Of a stretch of DNA of 64,000 nt, positions 47,621 to 57,580 are shown one piece after another. The position numbers and the translations under genes are program-made. Position 1 is the stretch's first letter. The number at the start of each line of letters is the position of its first letter. The notes below the pieces were generated by a model that saw only the letters and a list, made by a program, of their open reading frames with translations, had not been told where the DNA came from and searched no databases. This DNA is from an uncultured bacterium (GTDB taxonomy: Bacteria; SAR324; NAC60-12), in NCBI GenBank assembly GCA_965662235.1, contig CBFIGY010000003.1:32001-96000 (forward strand). Direction: 5' to 3'.

Positions 47621-49270
47621 TTAGAGCGAATCCGGTTCCATGAAGGGGTACCCGAAGTGTTCCGGCGCATCAAATGTTTCCTTGATCGACCGAGGCGAAA
47701 CCCAACGCAGCAGGTTGCTGCGAGCGCCGGCCTTGTCGTTGGTTCCTGACGCTCGGGCGCCACCGAAGGGTTGCTGTCCCACAATGGACCCGGTGGGCTT
47801 ATCGTTGATGTAGAAGTTGCCGGCGGCGTTCTCCAGCTTCGTCAGAGCCAGGCTGACGGCAATCCGGTCCTGCGCAAAAATGGCACCGGTCAGGGCATAG
47901 GGCGAAGTCTGGTCACAGAGGTCCAGCGTCTCCTCATACGCCTCATCCGGATAGACGTAGATCGTGATCACCGGACCGAAGATTTCTTCCTCCAGTGTCC
48001 GGAAGTGAGGGTTATCGGTGAGGATCACGGTGGGTTCAATGAAGTAGCCCACCGAGTCGTCGCAGCCTCCGCCAATGATGATCTCTGCATCCGGAGCCTC
48101 CTTGGCCCCGTCTAGGTATCCTTTGATCTTATCAAACGCCCGCTGGTCGATGACGGCGTTGCAGAAGTTCCCCAAATCCGTCGGTGCGCCCATCCGGATC
48201 TGGCGAATGTCCTGTTCCAGATCCGCCCGAAGGTCAGGCCAGAGCGACTCCGGAATGTAGGCTCGTGAAGCTGCCGAACACTTCTGTCCCTGATACTCGA
48301 AGGCTCCCCGCACAATTGCCGTCGCCAGTTTCCGTCGGTCCGCCGAAGGGTGTGCCACAATGAAGTCCTTGCCCCCCGTTTCTCCGACAATGCGCGGATA
48401 CGATTTGTAGTTCGCAATGTTTGCCCCAATGGTCTTCCACATGCCCTGAAAGACGCCCGTGGATCCGGTGAAGTGCACGCCGCCGAGGTCCCGGTGCGGC
48501 AGACAGAGGTCTCCCACCAGCGGCCCCAGGGCCGGAATGAAGTTGATGACTCCGGCCGGCAGTCCCGCTTCCTCAAGGATTTGCATGAAGAGGTAAGGCG
48601 TGTAGACGCAGTTCAGGGCCGGTTTGAACAGAACCGTGTTCCCCATGATCGCCGGAGCCGTCGGTAGATTGCCGGCAATGGCGGTAAAGTTGAAGGGAGT
48701 GATGGCCAGGACAAAGCCTTCCAGCGGACGCTGCTGCAGGGTGTTCCAGACGCCTTTGGGTGAAATCGGAGGCTGCTCCGTGTAGATCTGCTGCGCGTAC
48801 CAGACGTTGAAGCGGAGGAAGTCGATTAGCTCACAGGCCGCATCAATCTCAGCCTGAAAGGCGTTTTTGCTGGTCGCCAGCATACTGGCGGCATTCATGT
48901 GGTAGCGGTACTTTGTGGCCAGCAATTCCGCTGCTTTGAGGAAGATGGCGGCTCGCTCCTCCCAACGGAGGGCCCCCCAGACCGATTTGGCCTCCAGAGC
49001 CGCCTCAATTGCTTGCTGAACCTCCGCCTCCCCTGCAAGGTGGTACTCTCCCAGCACGTGCTGGTGGTCATGAGGCATCACCACCTGCTCACGATTCTCG
49101 GTCCGGACCTCCTTCCCGCCAATGATGAGCGGAATCTCTACCTGCCGTGTGGAGAGCTCCTGCAGCGCCTCCTGCAACCGAGCCCGATCCGGACTCCCTG
49201 GCGCAAAGGTCAGATTGGGCTCATTGACCGGAGTCGGTACTTGAAAGACCGCGTTGTTCAAGAGGTTCAT
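47621..49270 (-). CDS. pruA: Delta-1-pyrroline-5-carboxylate (glutamate semialdehyde) dehydrogenase
   Basis: QAEIDAACELIDF, PFNFTAI, FTGST, GETGGK, EYQGQKCSA, EEIFGP and QQPFGG.RASGTNDK. Confidence 0.95.
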   Translation of the reverse strand: MNLLNNAVFQVPTPVNEPNLTFAPGSPDRARLQEALQELSTRQVEIPLIIGGKEVRTENREQVVMPHDHQHVLGEYHLAGEAEVQQAIEAALEAKSVWGALRWEERAAIFLKAAELLATKYRYHMNAASMLATSKNAFQAEIDAACELIDFLRFNVWYAQQIYTEQPPISPKGVWNTLQQRPLEGFVLAITPFNFTAIAGNLPTAPAIMGNTVLFKPALNCVYTPYLFMQILEEAGLPAGVINFIPALGPLVGDLCLPHRDLGGVHFTGSTGVFQGMWKTIGANIANYKSYPRIVGETGGKDFIVAHPSADRRKLATAIVRGAFEYQGQKCSAASRAYIPESLWPDLRADLEQDIRQIRMGAPTDLGNFCNAVIDQRAFDKIKGYLDGAKEAPDAEIIIGGGCDDSVGYFIEPTVILTDNPHFRTLEEEIFGPVITIYVYPDEAYEETLDLCDQTSPYALTGAIFAQDRIAVSLALTKLENAAGNFYINDKPTGSIVGQQPFGGARASGTNDKAGARSNLLRWVSPRSIKETFDAPEHFGYPFMEPDSL

Positions 49271-49380
49271 CGTGCTGCTCTTCTAGGTGGTTCACTCGGC
49301 GCGGGAATCAGTCCGGACCTTTCAGGCAGCTTCCACGGAGGGTCACTTGCCCTTGAGGCTCGGTTCAGCTCTCTGCCAGC

Positions 49381-49397
49381 AGCAAAGGGTAGGCCTT
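49381..49397 (-). promoter_or_regulatory. Probable sigma54 promoter for the pruA-putB-liv module
   Basis: AAGGCCTACCCTTTGCT on the minus strand (GG-N10-GC, TTGCT), below an extremely AT-rich spacer. Confidence 0.55.
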
Positions 49398-49552
49398 CCC
49401 TTCTTTAAAACGGATCCTTTCCTCGGTTATGATCCTGATAAATTTTCAAAAAATTAAATAATATTAGAATTAAATTAAATTTATTTAAAAAATTTTTAAA
49501 ACCAAAAAAACCCTGAAAAATCCTCACTAATCCCGGATTATTCCCCATTTTT

Positions 49553-49566
49553 ATGCAAAATTGCAT
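49553..49566. promoter_or_regulatory. Palindromic candidate activator binding site ATGCAAAATTGCAT
   Basis: ATGC-N6-GCAT about 160 bp upstream of the sigma54 motif; a related site ATGCATTTTCGCAT lies at 51012-51025, upstream of the regulator. Confidence 0.6.
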
Positions 49567-50981
49567 CACCCTCGTCCCCGGACCAGTCCGTGCTTCTGGA
49601 GCTTGCGTGCAACCGTCGATTGATTGACCCCCAGCATCTTGGCCATCTCGGCTTGGCTGCCCGTGCGTTCGGACGCCTCTGATAAAATCTGACGTTCCAC
49701 CTCGTCCATGGCCTCACTCAGCGATCGTCCCGGATGCCAGCACAACAGGGGTCCAGTCCGCTCATCCAGTTGCCGCCGCAACGACACCGGCAGGTCGGCT
49801 TCGCCAATGACTTCCGTCGTCGACATCACCACCAGTCGCTCACACAGGTTCATCAGCTCCCGAACGTTGCCTGGATAATCATAAGTCAGCAACGCCTCCA
49901 ACGCACGGCTTCCCAGCCGACGCGAAACCCCAAGCTGCTGTGCAAAATGCGCGACGTAGTGCCGCAGCAGAGGCAGCAAACAGTCTCGACGCTCCCGGAG
50001 GGGAGGAATGGTCAGCGGAATGACGTTGAGGCGATAGAAGAGGTCGAGCCGGAACTGCTCCTGAGCCACCATCTGCTCCAGATCCCGGTGCGTGGCAGCA
50101 AGGACTCGGACGTTGACGGCCAGGCTGGTAGTGGATCCCAAGCGACTGATGCGGCCGTCTTCGAGGAAACGCAGCAGCTTGACCTGCGACGCCGCCGGCA
50201 ATTCTGCGATCTCGTCTAGGAAAAGAGTCCCCCCGTCTGCCAGCTCAAAGTACCCAGGCTTGGCGCGCTGAGCGCCCGTAAAGGCGCCCTTTTCGTAACC
50301 AAAAAGCTCGGACTCAATCAGGGTTTCCGGAATGGCCCCACAGTTGATCCGAATCATCGGTCCCTTCGCCCGCTTCGAGTGGCTGTGGATCAGGTCCGCA
50401 ATCACGCCCTTTCCCACCCCGGACTCTCCCAGCAGCAGCACCGTTGAATCCACTCCTCCCACCCGAACCGCCTGCTGCAGCACCTGCACCATTGCAGGAC
50501 TGCGGGTCACTAGGTGACGGTTCTCAAGCTCCAGTTGCTGCATCGCCAGCATCTGTTCCCGGAACTGGCGGCTCCGGGCTTCCTCTTCCTCAAGGCTCTG
50601 CTGCAGCTGGTCCATCTCCGTCACATCCCGAACCGTCACCACCGCGAGCACCAGCTCCCCCTGGTCGTCAAACACCGGCGCCCCGGTTGAGACCAGTTTG
50701 CGGCCACGGTGGTGCTGCAGCACGCTCACTCGACGCCGATGTCGAATGGCCTCCACCGCCGCACTACGGGTCACAAAACCTTCCTCGACAAGGTCGAAGA
50801 TGCTTCGCCCCACGACCTCTTCAGCTCGGATGCCATGCAGACGCTCCGAAGCCGGATTCACACGCACCACGGTGCCATCGGCCCGGCAGACAAACAGACC
50901 GTCATCAGATGAGTTGATGATGGCGTTCAGCTCCCGGTTCAGGTCCTCCACCGTCCGTGACTCTTCTCCCTCACCCCCCAT
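49566..50981 (-). CDS. sigma54-dependent activator (PAS-AAA+-HTH; RocR/PrdR-like)
   Basis: PAS domain, GESGVGKG, ESELFGYEKGAFTGA, FLDEIAE, YPGNVREL and an HTH; AAGGAG SD before ATG 50981. Confidence 0.92.
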   Translation of the reverse strand: MGGEGEESRTVEDLNRELNAIINSSDDGLFVCRADGTVVRVNPASERLHGIRAEEVVGRSIFDLVEEGFVTRSAAVEAIRHRRRVSVLQHHRGRKLVSTGAPVFDDQGELVLAVVTVRDVTEMDQLQQSLEEEEARSRQFREQMLAMQQLELENRHLVTRSPAMVQVLQQAVRVGGVDSTVLLLGESGVGKGVIADLIHSHSKRAKGPMIRINCGAIPETLIESELFGYEKGAFTGAQRAKPGYFELADGGTLFLDEIAELPAASQVKLLRFLEDGRISRLGSTTSLAVNVRVLAATHRDLEQMVAQEQFRLDLFYRLNVIPLTIPPLRERRDCLLPLLRHYVAHFAQQLGVSRRLGSRALEALLTYDYPGNVRELMNLCERLVVMSTTEVIGEADLPVSLRRQLDERTGPLLCWHPGRSLSEAMDEVERQILSEASERTGSQAEMAKMLGVNQSTVARKLQKHGLVRGRG

Positions 50982-51202
50982 GCGCTTCTCCTTATGCAAA
51001 AATGAAAGATCATGCATTTTCGCATAATTGTAAAAACACGACCACCGCAAAGTGGGGGCATGCCGGACGTCTCTTCGACTTTGCTCGGGGGAGCGGCTTC
51101 ACTGGGAAGCCCTTCTGAGCAGAGGCGAGGGGAGCCCCGTCAAAAGGGAATCAGGCCGAAGCCCTGGGAAGGAGAGGGAGCTGCGAGGAGTGGAGGAGCG
51201 CC

Positions 51203-52822
51203 CTAGGCGTTGCGTTGCTCATGACGGACCTCAGCGGCGAGGCGTCCGAGTTCGTAGTCCTCGAGGTCCACAAAGCCCATCCAGCGGGCCAGCTGGGGCT
51301 GCACCTGTTCCACTGCCCGGAAGAGGTCCTGAGCCACCTTGCGGTAGGCGGGGTGTCCCTGAGGGGTACTGCGCAGCTCCACCAGCCACGCCAACGCCCG
51401 CAGGTTGACCTGCAGGGACCAACGGAGGTGGTAGGCCATTGGAATCACGTACTGAGCCGCCTCCGGAAACTCCGGGCGCAGCTGCTCAAAGACTTCTGCT
51501 GCTTGCTCCATTGCCGCGCGGTAGGGTGCATCCAGCTTCGCCTCCTTGAGCAGTTCCGGAAGGTCGTAGCCGTGATCAGGAGAGAGCGGTTGCCGCCACT
51601 GCGTGAGCATGCGGTGCCGGTGCAGGTCCCGATACATGCCATAATCCCCCGTGATTTCAAAGGTAAAGAAGCAGGACTCCAGAGCGCGGGGAGGCTTATG
51701 GCGTCGGTGCTCCCGGAGGCCCAGACACTCCTCTTGAAGCTGCTCCCGCTCTGCAGCACCCAGGTTCCGGAGGGTGTCTCGAATTTCAGCCAAAGGAACG
51801 CCCGTGTGTTCATAGAGCAGGCTTGCTAGGAGCTTCTCCTCCGCCTGTGGATCATAATCCACCAGCTCAACCTGCAGGTCAGCGGGAACCGCACGAGCCC
51901 GTTGGGCTCCAGGAACACGCTCGGCCCACCGCTTGAGGACCGCGTGCTGCTGCTGCTGAAACGCGTGCTGACTCTGAAAGTGTCGGTGCTCCGGATGAGC
52001 GCGACGGATGAAGGACGGAATCACCTGCGCCAGCTCCGTCCAGGAAGCCGTTGCCAGCTCCTGCAGCTCTGTCAACGGTTCACGGTGCAACCGGGTGATC
52101 AGGGACTCAAAGAAGCGTCCGTTGCCAAAGACGCCCATGTTGGTCAGGGTCGCGGCAGGAAGCAGCCCCCGGATGAGGTCAAACCCTTGGGCCCGGACCG
52201 AGCGTTCGTACGCTTCAGCAGGACTTTTCGGGTCACGGGGCAAGCGCTTGCGGACTTCCTCCCGAACGGGGTCCGTCAGCGCGACGTAGGTTTCAAACAG
52301 GGTTCGGCAGGCCTTGAGGTAAGCCTCCCGATGCCGAGACGCGAGGATGGTGGGGTCTTTGTAAAAGCGGTAATCGCCCTGTACCTTCTGACCAAAGTTG
52401 ACGTAGCGAGTGGATTTTTCCAGCGGCGAGCCCCCGATTCGCGCATCCTGCAGGGTCTTCGTGGCCAAAATGGAGACGTCCTCCAGCGCCAGATGGGCGC
52501 CCCCCAGCTCCCCAATCGAGTCGTCTCCATAACCATCCAGAATGCGGTCGTAGAACGCCTGTGCCCGTTCCACGGCAAGTCGTTGTTCCTCTGCGTTCCC
52601 GGGACCGGCGCCACTGATCGACTGAAACGCCGACTCATCGGTCTGGATGAACTCCCGGAGCAGCAGACGCCGCAGTCCCAGCATGGAGCGGGAGTAGCGG
52701 GAAAACAGGGCACCCTTGATGACTTCAGGAAGGTTGGTGAGGACAAAAACAGACCGATCGGTGTTCGTCACATAAGGGGAGAGGGCACTCCGCTCTGCGG
52801 GAGTGAAGGATTCGCTCGTCAA
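51203..52822 (-). CDS. thyX: FAD-dependent thymidylate synthase, long tandem-domain form
   Basis: LPEVIKGALFSRYSRS, GYGDDSIGELG, GGSPLEKSTRY, RDLHRHR and ELRS.PQGH.AYR. Confidence 0.9.
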   Translation of the reverse strand: MTSESFTPAERSALSPYVTNTDRSVFVLTNLPEVIKGALFSRYSRSMLGLRRLLLREFIQTDESAFQSISGAGPGNAEEQRLAVERAQAFYDRILDGYGDDSIGELGGAHLALEDVSILATKTLQDARIGGSPLEKSTRYVNFGQKVQGDYRFYKDPTILASRHREAYLKACRTLFETYVALTDPVREEVRKRLPRDPKSPAEAYERSVRAQGFDLIRGLLPAATLTNMGVFGNGRFFESLITRLHREPLTELQELATASWTELAQVIPSFIRRAHPEHRHFQSQHAFQQQQHAVLKRWAERVPGAQRARAVPADLQVELVDYDPQAEEKLLASLLYEHTGVPLAEIRDTLRNLGAAEREQLQEECLGLREHRRHKPPRALESCFFTFEITGDYGMYRDLHRHRMLTQWRQPLSPDHGYDLPELLKEAKLDAPYRAAMEQAAEVFEQLRPEFPEAAQYVIPMAYHLRWSLQVNLRALAWLVELRSTPQGHPAYRKVAQDLFRAVEQVQPQLARWMGFVDLEDYELGRLAAEVRHEQRNA

Positions 52823-52897
52823 AATCGGCTCACAGGGAGGGGGAAATCAGAACAGAGGAGGGACGGCACGCGCCAGAACGACGCGTACCGGCAGCAG

Positions 52898-53476
52898 TCA
52901 CGGAGCAGGCAAGCCTGTGGAGTTGGGCAGCGCGTCCTTCTTCTCTTTCGGTTGAGGCAGGTCTGCGTCCAAGTACTTGGTGTTCTCGTGCGGCTGATAC
53001 TCGTCTCGCAGCAGGTCCCGGGTGAAGTTGAAGGTCTCTCGATTGGAGAAGGCCATGCCGATCACGCCGGTGTCCATGCGGATGGCCTGCTTGGGACAGG
53101 CTTCCACACAGAGGCCACAGAAGACGCAGCGCAGCTCGTCAATGTCAAACTTGACGGGGTACTTTTCCACCGACATGTCGGGATGCTCGCCGGCTTCAAT
53201 ATGGATGCACTTGGCCGGACAGACCGTCTCGCACATGTAGCAGGCCACACACTTGAGGAAGCCGTCATCGCGACGGGTCAGGCGGTGCCGCCCGCGCCAA
53301 CGTGGGGAAACGTGGCGCTTTTCCTCGGGATACTGAATGGTGACCACTTCCTGTGCCCCAAAGAGGTTCTTGAGGAAGTGCTTCACCGTCAGTCGAAATC
53401 CGGTGAACATCGCAGGCAGGTAGAAGGCTTCCTTCAACCCGTCTGTGCGTTCCACTTGCTTGACTTTCAAATCCAT
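52898..53476 (-). CDS. nuoI: NADH-quinone oxidoreductase subunit I
   Basis: TIQYPEE, RGRH and two 4Fe-4S motifs (CVACYMCETVCP, CVFCGLCVEACP). Confidence 0.95.
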   Translation of the reverse strand: MDLKVKQVERTDGLKEAFYLPAMFTGFRLTVKHFLKNLFGAQEVVTIQYPEEKRHVSPRWRGRHRLTRRDDGFLKCVACYMCETVCPAKCIHIEAGEHPDMSVEKYPVKFDIDELRCVFCGLCVEACPKQAIRMDTGVIGMAFSNRETFNFTRDLLRDEYQPHENTKYLDADLPQPKEKKDALPNSTGLPAP

Positions 53477-53558
53477 AAATCAGCTCCTGATCGTTGCTCA
53501 CGTGCGCCTCCGGATCAAGGGGCGCCCGTGCAGGGTAGACGTTGAGGTTTAAGCGAAC

Positions 53559-54632
53559 TTAAACAAAGATCAGAATAATAACCGCGGTTGCCACCGTGTT
53601 GATCAGTGAAAGCGGCAGCAGCTTCTTCCACCCCAAGGCCATGGTTTGGTCAAAACGGAACTTGGGCACCGTCCAACGCAATTGAATCTGGAACCAGCAG
53701 AAGAAGACCACAAAGAGGGAGAACTTCAGAACCTGAAGGATCCGGACCAACCACTCAGGGGCACTGGTCCACAGGTGCAGCCACGGCACATGATAGCCTC
53801 CGAAGAACAGGGTGGTGATCAGGGTGGCAACCCCCACCACAGCAACGTATTCCGCCAGCATGAAGGCCGACCAGCGCATTCCGGAGTACTCCAGGAAGTA
53901 CCCGGCCACAATTTCAGACTCCCCTTCTGGAGCATCAAAGGGCGCGCGCTTGGTCTCAGCAATCAGAGCGGTGGTGAACAGCAGGAACCCGAGCGGTTGG
54001 GTGAAGACGCCCCACTGAGGAATCAGGTTGCCGAACCAGTACTGGTTCTGTCCATCCACAATGTCACTCACCCGGGTGGAGCCGTACACCATGAAGATTC
54101 CCATCAGCGCCAATCCCATGAACACCTCATACGACAGCATCTGTGCCGAGGCGCGGGTGCCGCCGAGCAGAGCGTACTTGCTGTTGGAGCTGGCTCCCGC
54201 CAAAACGGCCCCATAGACGCTCAGCGAGGTGATTGCGAAGATGAAGAGCAGTCCGGGCTCCACGTCTGCAATCTGGAACTTGAAGTCCCCAATCGGTGCC
54301 GCAAAGGGAATGATCGCAAAGGTGGCCACCCCCGCAATGAGCCCGAAGAACGGAGCAATGAGGAAGAGGAACCGGTCTGACCCTTCCGGCATCGTGTCTT
54401 CCTTGAAGATCGACTTGAGGCCATCGGCCGCAATGTGCAGCAGGCCATTTCCGGTAAAGTTTCCGGCATTGGCCCGATTGGGCCCCACCCGGTCCTGAAT
54501 CATCGCGCTCCACTTGCGCTCCATCAGGGTCATCAGGGTCCCCAACGGCATGGCAAACAGCAGGATCACGACCACGATCTTCAGCAGCGACTGAACGAGG
54601 GGAATCGAGAGGATTTCAAGAAGAATTTGCAT
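53559..54632 (-). CDS. nuoH: NADH-quinone oxidoreductase subunit H
   Basis: ERK...IQDRVGPN, ADGLK..FKE, AQMLSYE and AET.RAPFD.PEGESE. Confidence 0.96.
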   Translation of the reverse strand: MQILLEILSIPLVQSLLKIVVVILLFAMPLGTLMTLMERKWSAMIQDRVGPNRANAGNFTGNGLLHIAADGLKSIFKEDTMPEGSDRFLFLIAPFFGLIAGVATFAIIPFAAPIGDFKFQIADVEPGLLFIFAITSLSVYGAVLAGASSNSKYALLGGTRASAQMLSYEVFMGLALMGIFMVYGSTRVSDIVDGQNQYWFGNLIPQWGVFTQPLGFLLFTTALIAETKRAPFDAPEGESEIVAGYFLEYSGMRWSAFMLAEYVAVVGVATLITTLFFGGYHVPWLHLWTSAPEWLVRILQVLKFSLFVVFFCWFQIQLRWTVPKFRFDQTMALGWKKLLPLSLINTVATAVIILIFV

Positions 54633-54675
54633 GGTCTATCCCAAGCGCTTTTGGTTTCAGGGGAAGGTCCAGACG

Positions 54676-55905
54676 TTACCGGTCCAGCTCTCCGCCAATC
54701 ATGTTGATGGAGCCGAAGATGGGCACAATGTCCGCGATGTAGTGACCAATCGTCATTTTGGGCATGGCCTCAACAAAGTTGAAGCAGGGGGGCCGCAGCC
54801 GCACTCGGACCGGATCGCCAGAGCCATCCGAGACCACGTAGAAGCCGACCTCACCGTTTCCTCCCTCAACCGGCATGTACGCTTCTCCGGCTGGTGGACG
54901 GTGGCCTTCCATGACCATCTTGAAGTGGTCAATCAGGCCCTCGATGTTCCCATACACATCCTTCTTGTCCGGATAGTGCACACGACGCTCAGTGGTCTGA
55001 ATGGGCCCCACAGGCATTTTGTCAGCCGCCTGTTCAATGATGGAGATGCTCTGCCGAATCTCTTCCATACGGACCAAGTAGCGGTCGAAGCAGTCTCCGG
55101 TGGAGCCAATGGGAATTTCGAAGTCGAGTTCGTTGTAAACCGAGTAGGGGTCGGAACGGCGGATGTCGTAAGGCACCCCGCAGGCGCGCAGCATTGGCCC
55201 CGTGAAACCAAAGGAGATCGCATCTTCTTTGGAGATGGCGCCAATGTCCTTGACTCGGTCAATGAAGATTTTGTTCTTGGTCAGCAGCCGGTCGCACTCG
55301 TCCATCACGGATTTGACCTTGTCCAAACGGTCCTGCAGAGCATCCAAGAAGCCGTCGGGCAGGTCGGTTGCGTTTCCGCCGAACCGGGTCCAGTTGGTGG
55401 TCAGACGAGCCCCTGTGACTTCTTCCACGAGCTCCCACAGGTACTCACGTGCCTTGATGAACCAAAGGAAGAAGGTGAAGGCCCCGACTTCCATGGCAGA
55501 CGCCCCGAGGCAGGTCATGTGGTCGGTAATCCGAGAAATCTCGCCCATGATGACACGAGTGAACTCAGCCCGACGAGGTGCTTCCACGCCGTAGAGCTTT
55601 TCCACCGCCATGGAGTAGCCAATGTTGTTCAGTAGGGGAGAGACGTAGTTCAGACGGTCCGTGTAGGGCGTCACCTGAATCCACTTGGAGTTCTCAGACT
55701 CCTTCTCAAATCCTCGGTGCAGGTAGCCAATCTCCGGGGTCATGTCCACGATCAGCTCGCCGTCCACGTAAGTGGTGAAGCGGACGATGCCGTGCATGGC
55801 CGGGTGGGACGGACCAATCTCAATGGCCATCACCGAAGACGAGTGGTCAACAGACTCCTGGAGCTCGGCTTCGTGCTTCTGGATTTCCAAAGGGGCGGTT
55901 TCCAT
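54676..55905 (-). CDS. nuoD: NADH-quinone oxidoreductase subunit D
   Basis: GPSHPAMHG, GYLHRGFEK, DRLNY, GPMLRA and GGELDR. Confidence 0.96.
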   Translation of the reverse strand: METAPLEIQKHEAELQESVDHSSSVMAIEIGPSHPAMHGIVRFTTYVDGELIVDMTPEIGYLHRGFEKESENSKWIQVTPYTDRLNYVSPLLNNIGYSMAVEKLYGVEAPRRAEFTRVIMGEISRITDHMTCLGASAMEVGAFTFFLWFIKAREYLWELVEEVTGARLTTNWTRFGGNATDLPDGFLDALQDRLDKVKSVMDECDRLLTKNKIFIDRVKDIGAISKEDAISFGFTGPMLRACGVPYDIRRSDPYSVYNELDFEIPIGSTGDCFDRYLVRMEEIRQSISIIEQAADKMPVGPIQTTERRVHYPDKKDVYGNIEGLIDHFKMVMEGHRPPAGEAYMPVEGGNGEVGFYVVSDGSGDPVRVRLRPPCFNFVEAMPKMTIGHYIADIVPIFGSINMIGGELDR

Positions 55906-56453
55906 CAGAATTTCCTTCCGTATTCGTGGCGTTCCTCAACTTCTCGCAGCGGCATGATGGGCTGCTGCCGGTCCATGGGGTAGTCCTTGCGCAGAGGGTG
56001 TCCCTCAAACGCATCATACATGAGCAGTCGGATCAGGTTGGGGTGCCCCTCAAACTGCACGCCGTACATGTCGAAGCACTCGCGCTCATACCAGTCCACC
56101 GCGCTCCAGAGGTCGTGAATGGAAGCCACCCGGAGGTCGTCTTCATTCAGCTGCACCTTGATCCGCAGGCGATGGCCGAGGGAGAGGGACTTGAAGTGAT
56201 AGACCACGTCAAAGCGTGGGTCCCGCCCCTGCTCCAAGTAGTCCACCGCGGTCAGGTCCACCATCAGTTCAAACTTGCAGCGCTCGTCATCCCGGAGGAA
56301 CTTGCACACGCGGTACAGGGCATCTCGCTTGATGACCACGGTCTCGTCACCGCGGTGATTGTGGGAATCGCGGACGGTTCCGGGGAATTCGTGCGCGATC
56401 AGGTTCGTCAGGGTCAGAGCTGCTTCCGCATCCGGAGTCGCTGTTTCAGACAT
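55905..56453 (-). CDS. nuoC: NADH-quinone oxidoreductase subunit C
   Basis: DLTAVDY, WYERECFDMYG..F.GHP and GHPLRKDYP. Confidence 0.95.
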   Translation of the reverse strand: MSETATPDAEAALTLTNLIAHEFPGTVRDSHNHRGDETVVIKRDALYRVCKFLRDDERCKFELMVDLTAVDYLEQGRDPRFDVVYHFKSLSLGHRLRIKVQLNEDDLRVASIHDLWSAVDWYERECFDMYGVQFEGHPNLIRLLMYDAFEGHPLRKDYPMDRQQPIMPLREVEERHEYGRKF

Positions 56454-56471
56454 GGATCCACAGGAAAAGGG

Positions 56472-57179
56472 TTAGGCCTGCTCGTTCTTGAGCGAGTTCT
56501 TCTTGGCTTGATCCGCCGGAGAGTCGTACCCCATGTGCGGATCCAGATTGACGTAGCTGTCAGAGTAGGTGTACCCCGGCTTGACGCTGCGGTTGCTCTT
56601 CGGGTTCTGAATGTTCTCTAGGACTTCTTTCTTCGGAATGGAGAAGTACTGATTCAACTGCTCCAGCTTGCGCTCCCGGTGACGGATGTCCGTGGGGTTG
56701 ATCATCTTCGTTTCCACCGTCGGGCCATCGTTCTGGATGCGGTGCTGAAGCTCCAGCAGGCCATCTAGGACCGCTTCAGGACGAGGCGGGCACCCGGCGA
56801 TGTAGACGTCCACCGGGATGAGGCGGTCGATGCCCTGCAGCACCGAGTAATTCTGATAGAAGCCTCCGGACGACGCGCAGGCGCCAAAGGCAATGACCCA
56901 CTTCGGATCCGCCATCTGATCGTAGACGGTTCGCAACACCGGCGTCATCTTGTGGGTGATCGTTCCCACCACCCAAAGGACGTCCGACTGACGGGGGGAG
57001 AAGCGCGGAATTTCCGCTCCAAACCGTGAGATGTCGTAGTGCGAGCACGCCGCGGCCATGTACTCCATGCCACAACAGGCGGTCACAAACGGGTACTGAA
57101 AGAGGGAAAACTTGCGCGACCAGTTCACCACATTGTCAAAGGTGGTGGTTAAAAAATCTCCATAGTTGGCTGCAGACAT
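56472..57179 (-). CDS. nuoB: NADH-quinone oxidoreductase subunit B (with C-terminal extension)
   Basis: [26 protein letters not shown] and GCPPRPEA. Confidence 0.96.
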   Translation of the reverse strand: MSAANYGDFLTTTFDNVVNWSRKFSLFQYPFVTACCGMEYMAAACSHYDISRFGAEIPRFSPRQSDVLWVVGTITHKMTPVLRTVYDQMADPKWVIAFGACASSGGFYQNYSVLQGIDRLIPVDVYIAGCPPRPEAVLDGLLELQHRIQNDGPTVETKMINPTDIRHRERKLEQLNQYFSIPKKEVLENIQNPKSNRSVKPGYTYSDSYVNLDPHMGYDSPADQAKKNSLKNEQA

Positions 57180-57214
57180 TGGATTTTTCCTTGACCGAGG
57201 TTATTGTTTTCGGC

Positions 57215-57580
57215 TCACTCCCACTCGAGCGCACCTTTTTTCCAGTCGTATACCAGACCCAGGGTCAGGACGACCAGGAACACCATGGCTGCGATGAAGC
57301 CGAACCACCCGAGTTCGCGCAACTGCACCGTCCAGGGGTAAAGGAAGACGATCTCCACATCAAACACTAGGAAGACCAGCGCCGTCATGTAGAACTTGAC
57401 GTCATACCGGTGCCCCTGCATGCCCTCACGCAGAAACCCGGACTCAAAGGGCGCCTCCTTGGCTTTGTTCTTGGCTTTGGGCCCCAGCAGCATGCCGATG
57501 GCAGAGAAGGCTCCTGCGAGTCCCAGCCCCAACAGAATCAGGATCAGGATGGGAAGATAGTCGTTGGCGATCGGAGTCAT
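57215..57580 (-). CDS. nuoA: NADH-quinone oxidoreductase subunit A
   Basis: K..PFESG, FY..ALVFLVFDVE..FLYPW and W.KGALEWE. Confidence 0.95.
   Translation of the reverse strand: MTPIANDYLPILILILLGLGLAGAFSAIGMLLGPKAKNKAKEAPFESGFLREGMQGHRYDVKFYMTALVFLVFDVEIVFLYPWTVQLRELGWFGFIAAMVFLVVLTLGLVYDWKKGALEWE

Noticed and set aside
51902..53545. Long plus-strand ORF (547 aa), and similar ones at 5241-6482, 17900-18976, 54631-55635, 57969-59657 and 62217-63659
   Set aside because: Antisense shadows of well-supported minus-strand genes; expected with GC-rich codon usage; no protein motifs
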